Positions 43,365 to 54,650 of a DNA stretch of 64,000 nucleotides are shown here, one piece after another (position 1 is the stretch's first letter; each line of letters starts with the position of its first letter). The translations under genes and the position numbers were made by a program. This DNA comes from a virus. The stretch lies in the IMG/VR virus record IMGVR_UViG_3300031578_000013, positions 1 through 64,000 of that record. One strand, 5' to 3'. Below the pieces are notes generated by a model, which was not told where the DNA came from, did no database searches, and saw only the letters and a list, made by a program, of their open reading frames with translations.

Positions 43365-43690
43365 GCGACGAGCACTCGGGGCAATCGGGGTTTGTTCGGT
43401 GGTTTCGTAATAAATATCCAAGCATCTTAATTTTTGCCATCCCTAACGGAAGTTACAGGGATATGTCAACTGCGAAGAAATTAAAAAAAGAGGGGGTTGT
43501 TTCGGGTGTCCCCGACTTGTATGTACCGAAGTACCATTTATGGATTGAGATGAAGCGCAAAGAGGGCGGCGTGTTATCAGAGGAACAAAAGGCAATGCAT
43601 CACTACTTAACTATGATAGGGGATACGGTAATAGTTGGTTACGGTGCAGAAGACGCAAGCCGCAAAGTTTTAGGGGTGATTGGATGGTAA
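43361..43690 (+). CDS. VRR-NUC domain nuclease
   Basis: EH..Q, AIPNG, GVPDL, IEMK...G.LS.EQ. Confidence 0.85.
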   Translation: MSDEHSGQSGFVRWFRNKYPSILIFAIPNGSYRDMSTAKKLKKEGVVSGVPDLYVPKYHLWIEMKRKEGGVLSEEQKAMHHYLTMIGDTVIVGYGAEDASRKVLGVIGW

Positions 43691-44745
43691 TCGTAATTGA
43701 AGGGGATTGTCTTGATGTCATGAAGATGTTTGATAATGATATGTTCGACTCCATCGTGACTGATCCACCAGCAGGGATTTCATTCATGGGAAAAAAGTGG
43801 GATCATGACAAAGGTGGGCGTAACCAGTGGATAGCGTGGATGACAACCGTTGCTACCGAATGTCTGCGTGTCATTAAACCCGGTGGACACGCATTGGTAT
43901 GGTCTATTCCGAGAACGAGCCATTGGACTGCTACAGCGTGGGAAAATGCGGGGTGGGAATGTCGCGACAAAATTGTACATATTTTCGGAAGTGGGTTTCC
44001 GAAAAGTTTAAATATAAGTAAATCTTTGGATGCGATGTTGGGAGCAGAGCGGGAAGTTATTGGGAATAGAACGAGAGTATATGGTTACGAGAAGGACTAT
44101 CACAATTCGTTTGATAATGCATTGTTTGATGTGGGAAACAATAATAAAATTACCGCTCCCACAACAGACATTGCTAAACTTTTTGACGGCTACGGCACCT
44201 CACTCAAACCGGCGCACGAAGATTGGTTGCTCTTTCGTAAACCATTGGCGGGCACAGTCGCGCAGAACGTTTTAAAATATGGCGTGGGTGGGATTAACAT
44301 TGACGGGTGTAGGGTTGAGTTAAACGGAGAAAAGCCATTCCACTATCCAAACGGTGCGGGGGGTAGCGATCCTAATCATATGTGGCGAGGTAGAGAGAAG
44401 GGAGATGGTGACATTCCGCAGATGGGGAATGACAAAGGACGTTTCCCTGCGAATTTAATTCTTGACGATAGTGAATGTGTGAGGGAGTTGTTTCCACATA
44501 GCAAATCTGGGGCAATGACAAAGCCATATGTTTATACAAATACGGGCCATTCGTTAGGTAAGCCTGCAGGTTCCACAAAAACACTTTGTGAATCAAGTGA
44601 AGGTTCCGCAGCCCGTTTCTTCTATTGTGCGAAGGCGAGCAGAAGCGAAAGATCAGAAGGATGCGAAGAGTTTTATACTTTAAACAGCAATATATCTACA
44701 GATGACATAAACGAGATTGTTAAAATACTCGCTTTTGTTACATAA
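43684..44745 (+). CDS. N6/N4 DNA methyltransferase, N-terminal fragment (catalytic motif)
   Basis: GDC, TDPPAG, KPGG, GSGFPKS, LKPAHE, RFPAN, ARFFYCAKAS; lacks FxGxG. Confidence 0.85.
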   Translation: MVIVIEGDCLDVMKMFDNDMFDSIVTDPPAGISFMGKKWDHDKGGRNQWIAWMTTVATECLRVIKPGGHALVWSIPRTSHWTATAWENAGWECRDKIVHIFGSGFPKSLNISKSLDAMLGAEREVIGNRTRVYGYEKDYHNSFDNALFDVGNNNKITAPTTDIAKLFDGYGTSLKPAHEDWLLFRKPLAGTVAQNVLKYGVGGINIDGCRVELNGEKPFHYPNGAGGSDPNHMWRGREKGDGDIPQMGNDKGRFPANLILDDSECVRELFPHSKSGAMTKPYVYTNTGHSLGKPAGSTKTLCESSEGSAARFFYCAKASRSERSEGCEEFYTLNSNISTDDINEIVKILAFVT

Positions 44746-44754
44746 GGTAATATT

Positions 44755-45453
44755 ATGGGTAAGCGAACGGTTTTTAAAAAATATATAATAAAAAAATGTA
44801 TTTTTTGTGGTGTTGATATACTAAAACGCTCAAATGAAAGCATCAATACCTATTATAAACGAAAGTTTTGCAAATTGTCTTGCCAACATCAATGGAATGC
44901 GAAAAATAAAAGTAGCGATGTCAAATGTGATTTTTGTGGAATTTTATTAAGACGGAGAAACAGTGGCATCGGGGTTCATAATTTTTGTTCAGAACGTTGC
45001 CAATATAAATATTATTCTCAAACTCACACAAAAATCGCTTCGTGTAATTGGTGTGGGAAATCATTTACTAAAAAATTATCGGATCGTAAAACCAAAAGAG
45101 TATTTTGTACACGAAAATGCATGGGTGAGTGGCAATCTAAATATGTTATAGGAGAATTGTCCCCCAGTTGGAATGGGGGATCGTCTTCACTGAATCGTAG
45201 AATACGTAGTTTGGTGAAATATGTTACTTGGATGAAACGAGTTTATAATAGGGATAATTATACCTGTCAAGTGTGCGGAGATGCAGTTGGTGGAAATTTA
45301 AATGTGCACCATATTAAATCTCTTTCAAAAATTATCAAAGATTGTGGTATAAAATGTATTGCAGATGCCATCATTTGTTCCGAGTTGTGGGATATAGAAA
45401 ATGGTGTAACAGTTTGTAAAAAATGTCATGCAATTAAACACAGGAGGAAATAG
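44755..45453 (+). CDS. HNH homing endonuclease with Zn-finger repeats, inserted in the MTase gene
   Basis: Repeated CxxC...FC...C; RDNYTCQVCG...VHHIK...NGVTVCKKCH. Confidence 0.85.
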   Translation: MGKRTVFKKYIIKKCIFCGVDILKRSNESINTYYKRKFCKLSCQHQWNAKNKSSDVKCDFCGILLRRRNSGIGVHNFCSERCQYKYYSQTHTKIASCNWCGKSFTKKLSDRKTKRVFCTRKCMGEWQSKYVIGELSPSWNGGSSSLNRRIRSLVKYVTWMKRVYNRDNYTCQVCGDAVGGNLNVHHIKSLSKIIKDCGIKCIADAIICSELWDIENGVTVCKKCHAIKHRRK

Positions 45454-45454
45454 A

Positions 45455-45727
45455 ATGATAATATCAAAAGAGCAATACAATAAACTTCCAAAAAATTTAC
45501 AAGATTGCTTTGAACCTATGAAAAATATTCATCCTACGGTCAAACCCATTGCCCTCTGCAGATACCTCTGCCGTCTCATCACACCCCCAAAGGGATTAAT
45601 CCTTGATCCTTTCGCGGGTTCTGGTTCCACTGGGGTTGCTGCTACTAATGAAGGGTTTGAAAGTATCCTGATTGAGTTAGAACATACATCGTGTGAAACT
45701 GCACGAATGAGGAATGGCTTACATTGA
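45455..45727 (+). CDS. N6/N4 DNA methyltransferase, C-terminal fragment (SAM-binding motif)
   Basis: HPTVKP..L..YL..L, LDPFAGSGSTG; own AGGAGG RBS at 45442. Confidence 0.85.
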   Translation: MIISKEQYNKLPKNLQDCFEPMKNIHPTVKPIALCRYLCRLITPPKGLILDPFAGSGSTGVAATNEGFESILIELEHTSCETARMRNGLH

Positions 45728-45751
45728 TGAATACCGCAACGGAGCAAAACA

Positions 45752-46513
45752 ATGATTGAACCAAACCGAATATACTGCGGGGATAATGTAAAAGTAATGC
45801 AAGATATCCCAGACGAAAGTATTGATCTGACGGTAACATCCCCACCATATGACAAACTGCGAATATATCAAGGCTATTCCTTTGATTTTGCACGAGTAGC
45901 ACAGGAGTTATATCGTATAACAAAGAAGGGTGGTGTTGTTGTCTGGGTTGTTGGTGATGCCACAATTAAAGGAAGTGAAAGTGGAACTTCTTTTAGACAG
46001 GCACTTCATTTTAAAGAGATTGGATTCAATCTGCATGATACGATGATCTATGCGAAGAATAGCTATATGCCACTTACACACAATAGGTATGAGCAAGCGT
46101 TTGACTATATGTTTGCTTTCAGTAAAGGGAAACCCAACATATTCAATGCTATAAAAATACCTTCGGTTACCGCAGGGACAACCCGCAACCGTGGTGGTAG
46201 CAAGGCAAAAGAAGTCACATATTCAGAACGAGTGAGAAATGAAAAAACCGTGGTGTCTACGACAAAGCAGCATCCGAATATATTCTATTATGATGTCGGA
46301 AAAAATGATAAAACAGAACATAATGCACCATTCCCAGAACGGTTAGCAAATGATCACATCCTCTCTTGGAGCAACGAAGGTGACATTGTTTTAGATCCGT
46401 TCAATGGTTCTGGGACAACTACAAAAATGGCAAAGAAAAACAATCGCAAATTTATCGGAATCGACATCTCTCAACAATATTGTGATAATGCTATGGCACG
46501 ATTAGAAATGTGA
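45752..46513 (+). CDS. N4/N6 DNA methyltransferase (beta class)
   Basis: TSPPY, H.APFP, LDPFNGSGTT. Confidence 0.9.
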   Translation: MIEPNRIYCGDNVKVMQDIPDESIDLTVTSPPYDKLRIYQGYSFDFARVAQELYRITKKGGVVVWVVGDATIKGSESGTSFRQALHFKEIGFNLHDTMIYAKNSYMPLTHNRYEQAFDYMFAFSKGKPNIFNAIKIPSVTAGTTRNRGGSKAKEVTYSERVRNEKTVVSTTKQHPNIFYYDVGKNDKTEHNAPFPERLANDHILSWSNEGDIVLDPFNGSGTTTKMAKKNNRKFIGIDISQQYCDNAMARLEM

Positions 46514-46548
46514 TTTTAACATCCCTCTTTTCCCAACACCCAAACACC

Positions 46549-46556
46549 TTTAAATA
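46549..46556 (+). promoter_or_regulatory. TATA box
   Basis: TTTAAATA 22 bp before ATG 46579; similar context at ~48931. Confidence 0.55.
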
Positions 46557-47005
46557 TTAATACAACTTATATTATAGTATGACAAACTTTGTTATACGAA
46601 GGTTAGGTGAAGATGTATTTTTGGACATTACAGGTATCAAACATATCCTCGTGACTAACAGTGGAACCCGCGCCGAGATACAATTATCAGAGGGGGATGT
46701 TATGATGCTGCGGGAGGCATTGCGATGACAAACATTACGATGATGAAACTATGCCCGTTGATGAGCAGGGGGATACACCCGGCAGATTGTTATAGTCATT
46801 GTATGGCTTACATCCCCCCAACCGATCACTACTTCGCTTGCACCCTTGAACTCACAATAAAAAACTACAGCGAGTTATGCAAGTCAGAACGCTACATCGA
46901 AGCCCCAGATACCCCGCAGGAAATGACTTGTGATGGGTGTGAGTATTACAAGAAGATCCAGTGCACTCCCATTCCTGCACGGTGTAAACTTATGGAGAGG
47001 AAAAC

Positions 47006-47338
47006 ATGACATCTAAAACAGAAAACCTAACCATCCTCAATGTCCCGCGAACCGTAGCAGGAGTACTCGAAGTCCTGGCAGACTACCAACCCCACACAAT
47101 GCACGACATCGAACGCAAGTCCGACTTGCGACAACCCGAAGTAAGCCTTGCTATTGGAGGGGCATTAAGTGCGTATGTTACCGTGGAGGATGTGAAGCGA
47201 GTAACACCGGGTAGACCCGTTAAGATCGTAACAATGAAACACGAGGCATATGATGAGTATATCGACGCATGTCTTGCTTGCTTTGAAGCAGCGTATGATG
47301 TTGCGAAGGAGGCGGCGGGGGAGTTGCGAGGGAGATGA
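47006..47338 (+). CDS. Winged-HTH transcription regulator of Methanomicrobia type
   Basis: IERKSDLRQPEVSLA...GRP.K motif. Confidence 0.75.
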   Translation: MTSKTENLTILNVPRTVAGVLEVLADYQPHTMHDIERKSDLRQPEVSLAIGGALSAYVTVEDVKRVTPGRPVKIVTMKHEAYDEYIDACLACFEAAYDVAKEAAGELRGR

Positions 47339-49855
47339 GAAATGATAATGCTCATATCGGAATTGTAGGAGCATTCGCGCTCTTTAGCGTGTCTATTGTT
47401 GCGATATTTTTTGGGGTTGCCGCGTATACAGTCATATCAAGTAGTTATCCGAGTTCCTATGATAACGTAACCATTCTTGACAAAACATCATATGATGTGT
47501 CACAAGGATTTTTTTCGTCCAGAGAAGGATTCTTTGTATTTACAGATAAAGGAAACTACGAGGTTGGAACTACTGGGAATGTTGCAGATGTATATGCATT
47601 GTATTCTCGTTTGAAGGTTGGACATACATATAACATAAAAGTATCTATGGGTTTGGTATTAGGAGCAGAGGAGGTGAAAGAGAGATGATCCAAAATCCCA
47701 TAGATGATTTCAACGAACAATACAAGAAAATACAAACGGATTATGATCAGGAAGAACTAGACGAACTCCGCGAGCGAGAGCATACCAGATGGCAATTGAA
47801 ATCCATAGCGGCGCGACTGGTTGGGTTTTTCATTAAAGTTTGGATTGCATATTGGATATTCTCACTTGCTTATATTGGGGCAAGAGAGTTGTGTAGACTT
47901 GATTATGCGTGGATTGGATTATATACAGTGTTGATATATTCGAGCTCGTGCATATGGATTATCTACGAAGCAATGTCCACAACGATATACAACCCAATTC
48001 GAGAGGATGCACAAAAAGGATTTGAAATCCTTGGTGGCAAACTCAAATGTGCGATAAAGGGTTGGAGAGAATGTAAGGTGGGGGAATAGTAATGAATGGA
48101 TTAAGAACGTACATAAAAAAATTAATTTGCTGGAAATGTCGTCACTACACCACATTCTCACATAAGTGTGTGTTTGATCCATCACCCCGCGAAGAAGATA
48201 ATACTTGTAAATTGTTTGAGCTAGATAGTGGGGGTTACGTGTGACTCCTAATGTAGATACCATACCCACAAAATATTCCCTAACCATTCTGGGCTACACC
48301 ATCCCCTTAGAACCAGAACTGTTTGAAACACACGAAAAGATTGGATGGATATTATATGTCCTTATCTTTTTCTATACCTACACTATATTCAGTATCTTCT
48401 TGACTACTTACATTTGGTTGCTGGTGAATGTATTTGGATTCAGAGTTACTGGAACAATCCTTGGGATATGGGGGATGTGAGATGACAGACTACTACGTTG
48501 TGATAATTGAGAACAAACATGATAATACATCCCGCAGCGTCTTAAAGAATTTCCTGCGCAAGCGAACAAAGGTAGATATGGGAATAACACAGATTTCAGC
48601 AGAGGGTAAAACAGCAAAGGAAATACTCACAACTCTTTTTAGGATCGTGCAGGCTAATCCCCACCAATTCATTGGTGGGATACAGCCGTAATTCATGTCA
48701 ACCACAAACTTTATTGTTCGTGGGGTTCTATAATTAATTACAATTACAAAAGAACAAAGCGGAAGATGCTGGTTCTCACGATTTTCATGTTTCTTCACCT
48801 GAAATATGTAATTGTGTAATTTCAATACCGGATTGGGGCTACAATCCGTTGGTGAAACTCCATAGATGCCCGTCAATTTATTGGCGGGAGTGGTCACATA
48901 ACCAACTTTTCCCAACCCCACAGCAAAGCCTTAATATACTCTTACTACAAACATATTATAGGTGACTCAATGAGCATCACGACACAAGTTAGTTTCCCAA
49001 AAGAACGAGAAATCCAACTCTCGCGGATCTTCGCAAAGTGTCCCGATCTTGCCGAACTCGGCACTTCCGGGGCAATCTATAAGATCCTCTTCGATGCGAT
49101 GGATCGTATCATCCCGCTTGAAAAGAAAGGTGACGCATAATGATCCTCGATGAACAAGACTACACAATTGAATTCTCCCTTCTCATGCCCAACGCCCAGA
49201 AAACAACTTCCTACCCCATCACGGTAAAGGCATCGTGCATGGAGGAAGCCCTTACAAAAGCAAAGGCCAAGTGGGAAGAAATCACATCGCAGTATAGCGT
49301 TAAGATTAACGCGGTTAAGAAATAACCGTTTCAATTTTTATTTTCTCTTTTAGGAATGTTTATTACATATTGCAGCATATTACTACATATGGTAACATTC
49401 TGTAAAGCGCGAACCGTAGCAAGGGGCGAAAAGATATTCCATGCTCCGAGGGATGCAGAGGGATATTTTGAGTGCACGGAGAAGCGCGATGAAGATGGGA
49501 TTTTGAAGGAAGTTGTTTTTAGGAAGTATGAGGTATGACTGGCATACACGACTATTGGAAATCCAAGCGTCTGAACTATGATGATGTTTTATTCTCACAC
49601 ATAAAAGAACAAACCGCTTATATGGCAGATGTGGCTGGAGATAATGCTAGACAGTGTAAAGATAAAAATTCCGAAGAGTATCACTACTGGGCTGCATTCT
49701 CTGATATAGTGGGGAAATTCAATTCGCTGGCGGCATCGGAACACGTCGGGGAATTCGCGTTGGGAAAAAATCGTATTAAAGGTATGCTTGATGCAATGAA
49801 TGTAATTTGCAACGGGGTATCGAAAGGGGATTTTTCAATCGGGGAACGATCATAA
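47335..49855 (+). other. Cluster of small hypothetical and membrane genes
   Basis: ORFs 47335, 47685, 48241, 49140 and 49535. Confidence 0.55.
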
Positions 49856-49856
49856 T

Positions 49857-50597
49857 ATGACGCTCTCCTTAATCTACGGTGCTGATGCAACCGGTAAATC
49901 CCTTCACTGCAAAACCCTCTGCGAAGCATCCGAGACTCCGCTTTACATCAGTCTTGAACTTAAAAACCGAAGAATGCTATCCCTCGATGCAAGAACTGGT
50001 GCAATGACGAAAGACACACCCTTTGATGTGTTTGAAGCAATCGTGTTGGAAAAAACTCCGAAATTTAATACCGATTTGATCGCCACTTACAATAAATTGG
50101 GTGAGGTGTTGGAGAAGATCCTTAATAATAAAGGATTTGATGGTAAACCGAAACACTATGATGTTGTTGTAATTGATGGCGTATCTGACTTGTCAAAGAT
50201 GGCAGAGAAGATTGTAATTAAAGAGTTACAAAAGAAACAATCAACAAGACAGGAAATTGGAAAAAATGATCTTGCATCGTGGGAAGTCAGAAATAATCTT
50301 GCGTGTATGCCATTGGAACGACTTGCAAATTGGGCGCAAATAGAAAGCGTACATGTTATTGTCACTTCGCTTCTCACAGGAGAATATGTTAATGATACTA
50401 AGGTTGGTTATAAGATTGCGGTTCAGGATCGTATAAAAGAAAAGGCAAGTGCAATACAGGTGAAACTGTTAAAGGATGGTCGGGGGTATATTGCCGATTT
50501 CGAGAAAGTGCCAAACTGGGCAAACGATGGTAATCAAACCGTGAAGGTGATGCGTGGGGGTTTGGTTGCGGAGTTTGGCAAGAGGGGCTTATTATGA
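49857..50597 (+). CDS. Second AAA_24-like P-loop ATPase
   Basis: YGADATGKS, VVVIDGVS. Confidence 0.75.
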   Translation: MTLSLIYGADATGKSLHCKTLCEASETPLYISLELKNRRMLSLDARTGAMTKDTPFDVFEAIVLEKTPKFNTDLIATYNKLGEVLEKILNNKGFDGKPKHYDVVVIDGVSDLSKMAEKIVIKELQKKQSTRQEIGKNDLASWEVRNNLACMPLERLANWAQIESVHVIVTSLLTGEYVNDTKVGYKIAVQDRIKEKASAIQVKLLKDGRGYIADFEKVPNWANDGNQTVKVMRGGLVAEFGKRGLL

Positions 50598-50771
50598 CTT
50601 ACTCGCCAGACACACCAGTGACTTATGAAGTATCAGTGCGTGTGTTCAGAAAGACATCAACACCAGCAGATGATAAATTACTCGCTTATACAAACATACC
50701 GTTCAAGACAATCAAAGAAGTGACGGACTGGATAGAGAAAGCAGGAGTGACTTTCATATGAGGCACGATAG

Positions 50772-51464
50772 ATGGAGTGGGGGTGTATCATTATTTGCAT
50801 AGACACACGCGAATGTTACCGCGATGAAATCAAAGCGAAGTTAGACAGGATAGGCAATGCCTCGGAAATATGCACCTTCTCCCAATGGACGGGGTGTGAC
50901 TACTATGTTGTTAATTTGCATGGTTCGGCGTGCATCCAACGAAAAGACAGTGCTGCGGAGTTATGCTCTCAAATGGAAGAGTTGCGGTATGATGTGCTCC
51001 CACGGTTGATCAACTTCGCATCCGAACTCAATTCCAATCCTGTCTTACTCGTAGAAGAAACGCATACGATTGGTGACGTGGGGTATATCTTCCGAAGAGG
51101 AAAGAGAGGGGTATTTGTTGAGACTGGTTTGCACATCTCGTCTTACTACGGCTTTCTCCAAAGTGTGAGGTTGATGGGTATCGATGTTGTTACTACGAAG
51201 GGCTTATCAGAATCAATCTGGTATCTCTCTGCCTTGGATGGCTTTCTATCAAGGCAACACTATCCCAGGCATAACAAGTCTTACAAACCCCACCAGCAGG
51301 CGCTTGGGGCTTTGTGTTGTATTCCAACGATTGGCTCTAAAAGGGCAACGAAAGCACTTACAGAGTGTTCCATTGCAGAGATGCTTCATGCGAAGGAAGT
51401 TGAGGGGTTGACGAAAGTGCAGTTGGGGAAGGTTAAGAGAGTATTGAGGAGTAGATTGACATGA
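50772..51464 (+). CDS. ERCC4/XPF-family nuclease with C-terminal HhH
   Basis: IDTRE, CDY, IQRK, LLVE, IPTIGSKRA. Confidence 0.8.
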   Translation: MEWGCIIICIDTRECYRDEIKAKLDRIGNASEICTFSQWTGCDYYVVNLHGSACIQRKDSAAELCSQMEELRYDVLPRLINFASELNSNPVLLVEETHTIGDVGYIFRRGKRGVFVETGLHISSYYGFLQSVRLMGIDVVTTKGLSESIWYLSALDGFLSRQHYPRHNKSYKPHQQALGALCCIPTIGSKRATKALTECSIAEMLHAKEVEGLTKVQLGKVKRVLRSRLT

Positions 51465-53059
51465 CACCAGATGAAAAAACCGCACTCGCATTCTTTCTGA
51501 TACTTCTGGCATTATTCGCTGGGGTAGCACTGGGAAACTTTTATGCATCATTTTCTATCCCGTCCTGTAAAGTGTGGGATTCCCCAAGATTATACGATCA
51601 TATCCTCATAGCAGATGATGTGGTATGTACATCGTGGAATGAAGTGAATGCCACGTATTATCGCTATGATACTTTGGTGTTTAACGGGACAGAGTATATC
51701 GTGCAGAAAGTAGAGGTGGAGAATACGACAGCGAAGAGTATTATTGTTTGTAGTGGAGGGAGAGTATGACACACGATAAGATAAACCCGCTTGCTATTCT
51801 TGAAGCGTGTATCGAAAACGATATGGACGAATGCAAGTTTGTTTTTACAGACTGGAACGATGAGGGTGAAGTTGTTCTGGATTGTTTCGAGATTAAACTC
51901 ATTATTGAAGAACTCCGCACAAACCCAGAGGCAGTTTGTGAGCGTGGAAGAAAAGAAGGGTGGTTGGAGTGATACTCTATGTTAACTGGGACAAGGACGA
52001 TAAATATCATATTCATGTTGGCCCCGCAGTTCACAGATGTACTAAACAAATTAAACAAGAAATACCATTTGGTATCAACCCATGTATCAATTGTGACACG
52101 CACCAAACTGGCAAAGTTATAAGGTGTGATCCGTGAATGACACCCATTGAAATATGTTTGTCGCATCTAGCATTGGTATTAGATGGGGTTCCCCCACTAT
52201 TGTTAATATGCGGTATTACAGGATTCTCATTGTGGGTAACACACGGGCTGTTCAATGGCGATTAAAATGACCCTCACAAAATACCCACACGAATATATCA
52301 ACGTCCCATTTCTGGTGTTCGTTGCATCTCTAACCATACTCATAACATCCGTCATAGTTCCCTCGTGGTGGGTGAATACACAACCAATCGGTCTGATCGG
52401 TTTTTGCTGTTCTACGAATTGGTATGATGAGTTTATGTTTGCCCCATGGTATATTCAAATATTGAATTGGGTTTGGATAAAGATCATATGCCTCGTGGTA
52501 ATGGCTATATCGGTATTATATCAGTTAATTCCTACTGGTGAAGAAAAGACGTGTGAGAATTGTAATAACTATAAGAGGAAAAAAGAATGAAACAAAAAAC
52601 ATGCATTTTATATTACGGTTTCGGAGTAACAATCCCCGAACGCATAGCAGACATTTCAGGCGATGGAACATGCATTGGTTTATTCACACCAGATGGGGGT
52701 TACAAGTCCTGCCGTGAAGCAATTGCTGCATTGAAATGCCCGAAGAAGAGAACAACTTGGTTGGAGGGATGAAAGACGATGAAAGTAATTCATAGCAACC
52801 CCAAAGAAACAGTCGGTATTGTAACTGAACTCGTAGGACTCACAACAGTGGGGGAGTTTGATCTTGCTATATTAGAAGAGTGGATCAAACAAGTGCGGGA
52901 TGTATTCGGTGATGATGAGTATATCCACGTGCAGTTCAAGATGTCCGATGATGCAAGAGAACCTGGATATATGATTACCGCGTGTCACGGCAATACAGAC
53001 CCCAAGATTGCAGTGTGCGGGACTTACAAGAAAGACGGGACAAAGTGGGAGAGTGGGTG

Positions 53060-53980
53060 ATGACTTTCGATATTAAATCATACCAACAGTATCATCATGA
53101 TATAAAAGTTGTTATAACTAAATCTCTCATAGAAAATTACTATAACGAAAACGGCGGGAAAGTGTATGTTTCATTCTCCGGTGGGTTGGATAGTAATGTC
53201 CTGCTTCACATTGCAAGGCAAGTAATACCCACAATGAAGGGGGTGTTCTCGAATACAGGATTGGAATATCCAGAGATTGTTAAGTTTGTCAAAACCTTTA
53301 ATAATGTAGATATAGTAAAACCCAAGATGCGATTCGACGAGGTTATTGAGAAACATGGCTACCCCGTTGTGAGTAAGAGGATTTCCCGTTATATCAAAGA
53401 CTTGCAAAACCCAACCGAAAATAATGTTAATGTCAGAAACTTGCGCCTCACTGGTATTAGCAGTGTAACACAACCTGGTAAACTTCAAAAATCAATGCAA
53501 CTCCCCAAAAAGTGGTTATATCTTGTAGATGCCCCATTTAAGATATCTGATGTATGTTGTGATAAATTAAAGAAAGAACCACTTAATCGCTATGCGAAAG
53601 AAACCGGGTGTAAACGTATTATTGGTGTGATGGCAGATGAGAGTGATATGCGTATGCAGCAAGCACGTAGGGATGGATGGTCAGGAAAGGATTTACTACA
53701 ACCTATGATTTTCTGGACACGCCTTGATGTTCTTGCATACACCAAACTTCATAATCTCCCATACTGCTCGGTGTATGGTGATATTAAAGATGGACAACAC
53801 GGGCTTGAAACAACTGGAGAACACCGCACAGGTTGTATGTTCTGTATGTTTGGGGTTCACATGGAGAAGGGAGAGAATAGATTTCAGAGGATGAAGAAAA
53901 CACACCCCAACCAATATAATTATTGTATGGATAAACTTGGGTGTGGAAAGGTATTGGATTTCATAGGAGTTAATAAATGA
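53060..53980 (+). CDS. PAPS reductase-family (PP-loop, Fe-S) protein
   Basis: SFSGGLDS, NTGLEYPE, CC..LKK.P, G..A.ES..R, RTGCMFC. Confidence 0.85.
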   Translation: MTFDIKSYQQYHHDIKVVITKSLIENYYNENGGKVYVSFSGGLDSNVLLHIARQVIPTMKGVFSNTGLEYPEIVKFVKTFNNVDIVKPKMRFDEVIEKHGYPVVSKRISRYIKDLQNPTENNVNVRNLRLTGISSVTQPGKLQKSMQLPKKWLYLVDAPFKISDVCCDKLKKEPLNRYAKETGCKRIIGVMADESDMRMQQARRDGWSGKDLLQPMIFWTRLDVLAYTKLHNLPYCSVYGDIKDGQHGLETTGEHRTGCMFCMFGVHMEKGENRFQRMKKTHPNQYNYCMDKLGCGKVLDFIGVNK

Positions 53981-54341
53981 CCCCTACCCCTTCCGAGAAC
54001 CTCCGCAAGCACATCAATACCCGCACTCGCAAAACCGTTGCCCAGTTAGAAACAAAAGTTGGTTCTCTCAACCCACAAGAGAAGAAATCCCCCTCGCAGA
54101 AGCACAGCGAAGCGATGCGCAAGAAACTAAATCGCGGGGTTGTTCCACCGGCGCAGATTGGTTATGATTGCAACGACTGCTCTAAATACCCGTGTGGTGA
54201 AACAACAAAGACATGCTCGGAATCAACTCGTAAGAATCGCTGTGCCAAGTGTGGAATGGTGGTTGTGTATCGCTTTGTAGCAGAGGGTGAATGGCAGTAT
54301 TGTTTGCCTTGCCGGGAGGGATTTAAACGAAAGTCGTAAAC

Positions 54342-54650
54342 ATGCATACCTGCAAACCCCCATTCGGGCAGGTGGGTGATATCCGCATTGACAGGAAAAC
54401 CAAGTGGGGTAATCCATACCCACTTCCATGCGATACACCATCGTTGAGAAGTGCAGTGATTCGGAAGTATGAAGTCTGGGTGAAACAACAGATGGCAGAG
54501 GGGAAGTTAGACATTGATGAACTTGCGGGTGTTGCGAGGTTGGGGTGCCATTGCAAGCCTAAGGAATGCCACGGGGATGTTCTGGTGAGACTGCTTGGAG
54601 AGAAGTATAAACGGGAACAGACTACTTTGATATCGGAGGGATTTGAATGA
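54342..54650 (+). CDS. DUF4326 domain protein
   Basis: IDRKTKWGNP...LGCHCKP..CHGDVL. Confidence 0.85.
   Translation: MHTCKPPFGQVGDIRIDRKTKWGNPYPLPCDTPSLRSAVIRKYEVWVKQQMAEGKLDIDELAGVARLGCHCKPKECHGDVLVRLLGEKYKREQTTLISEGFE

Noticed and set aside
44640-45540. Intein or group I intron in the MTase
   Set aside because: A Cys occurs near the break, but there is no C-terminal HN-(C/S/T), and there is almost no non-coding space around the HNH ORF.
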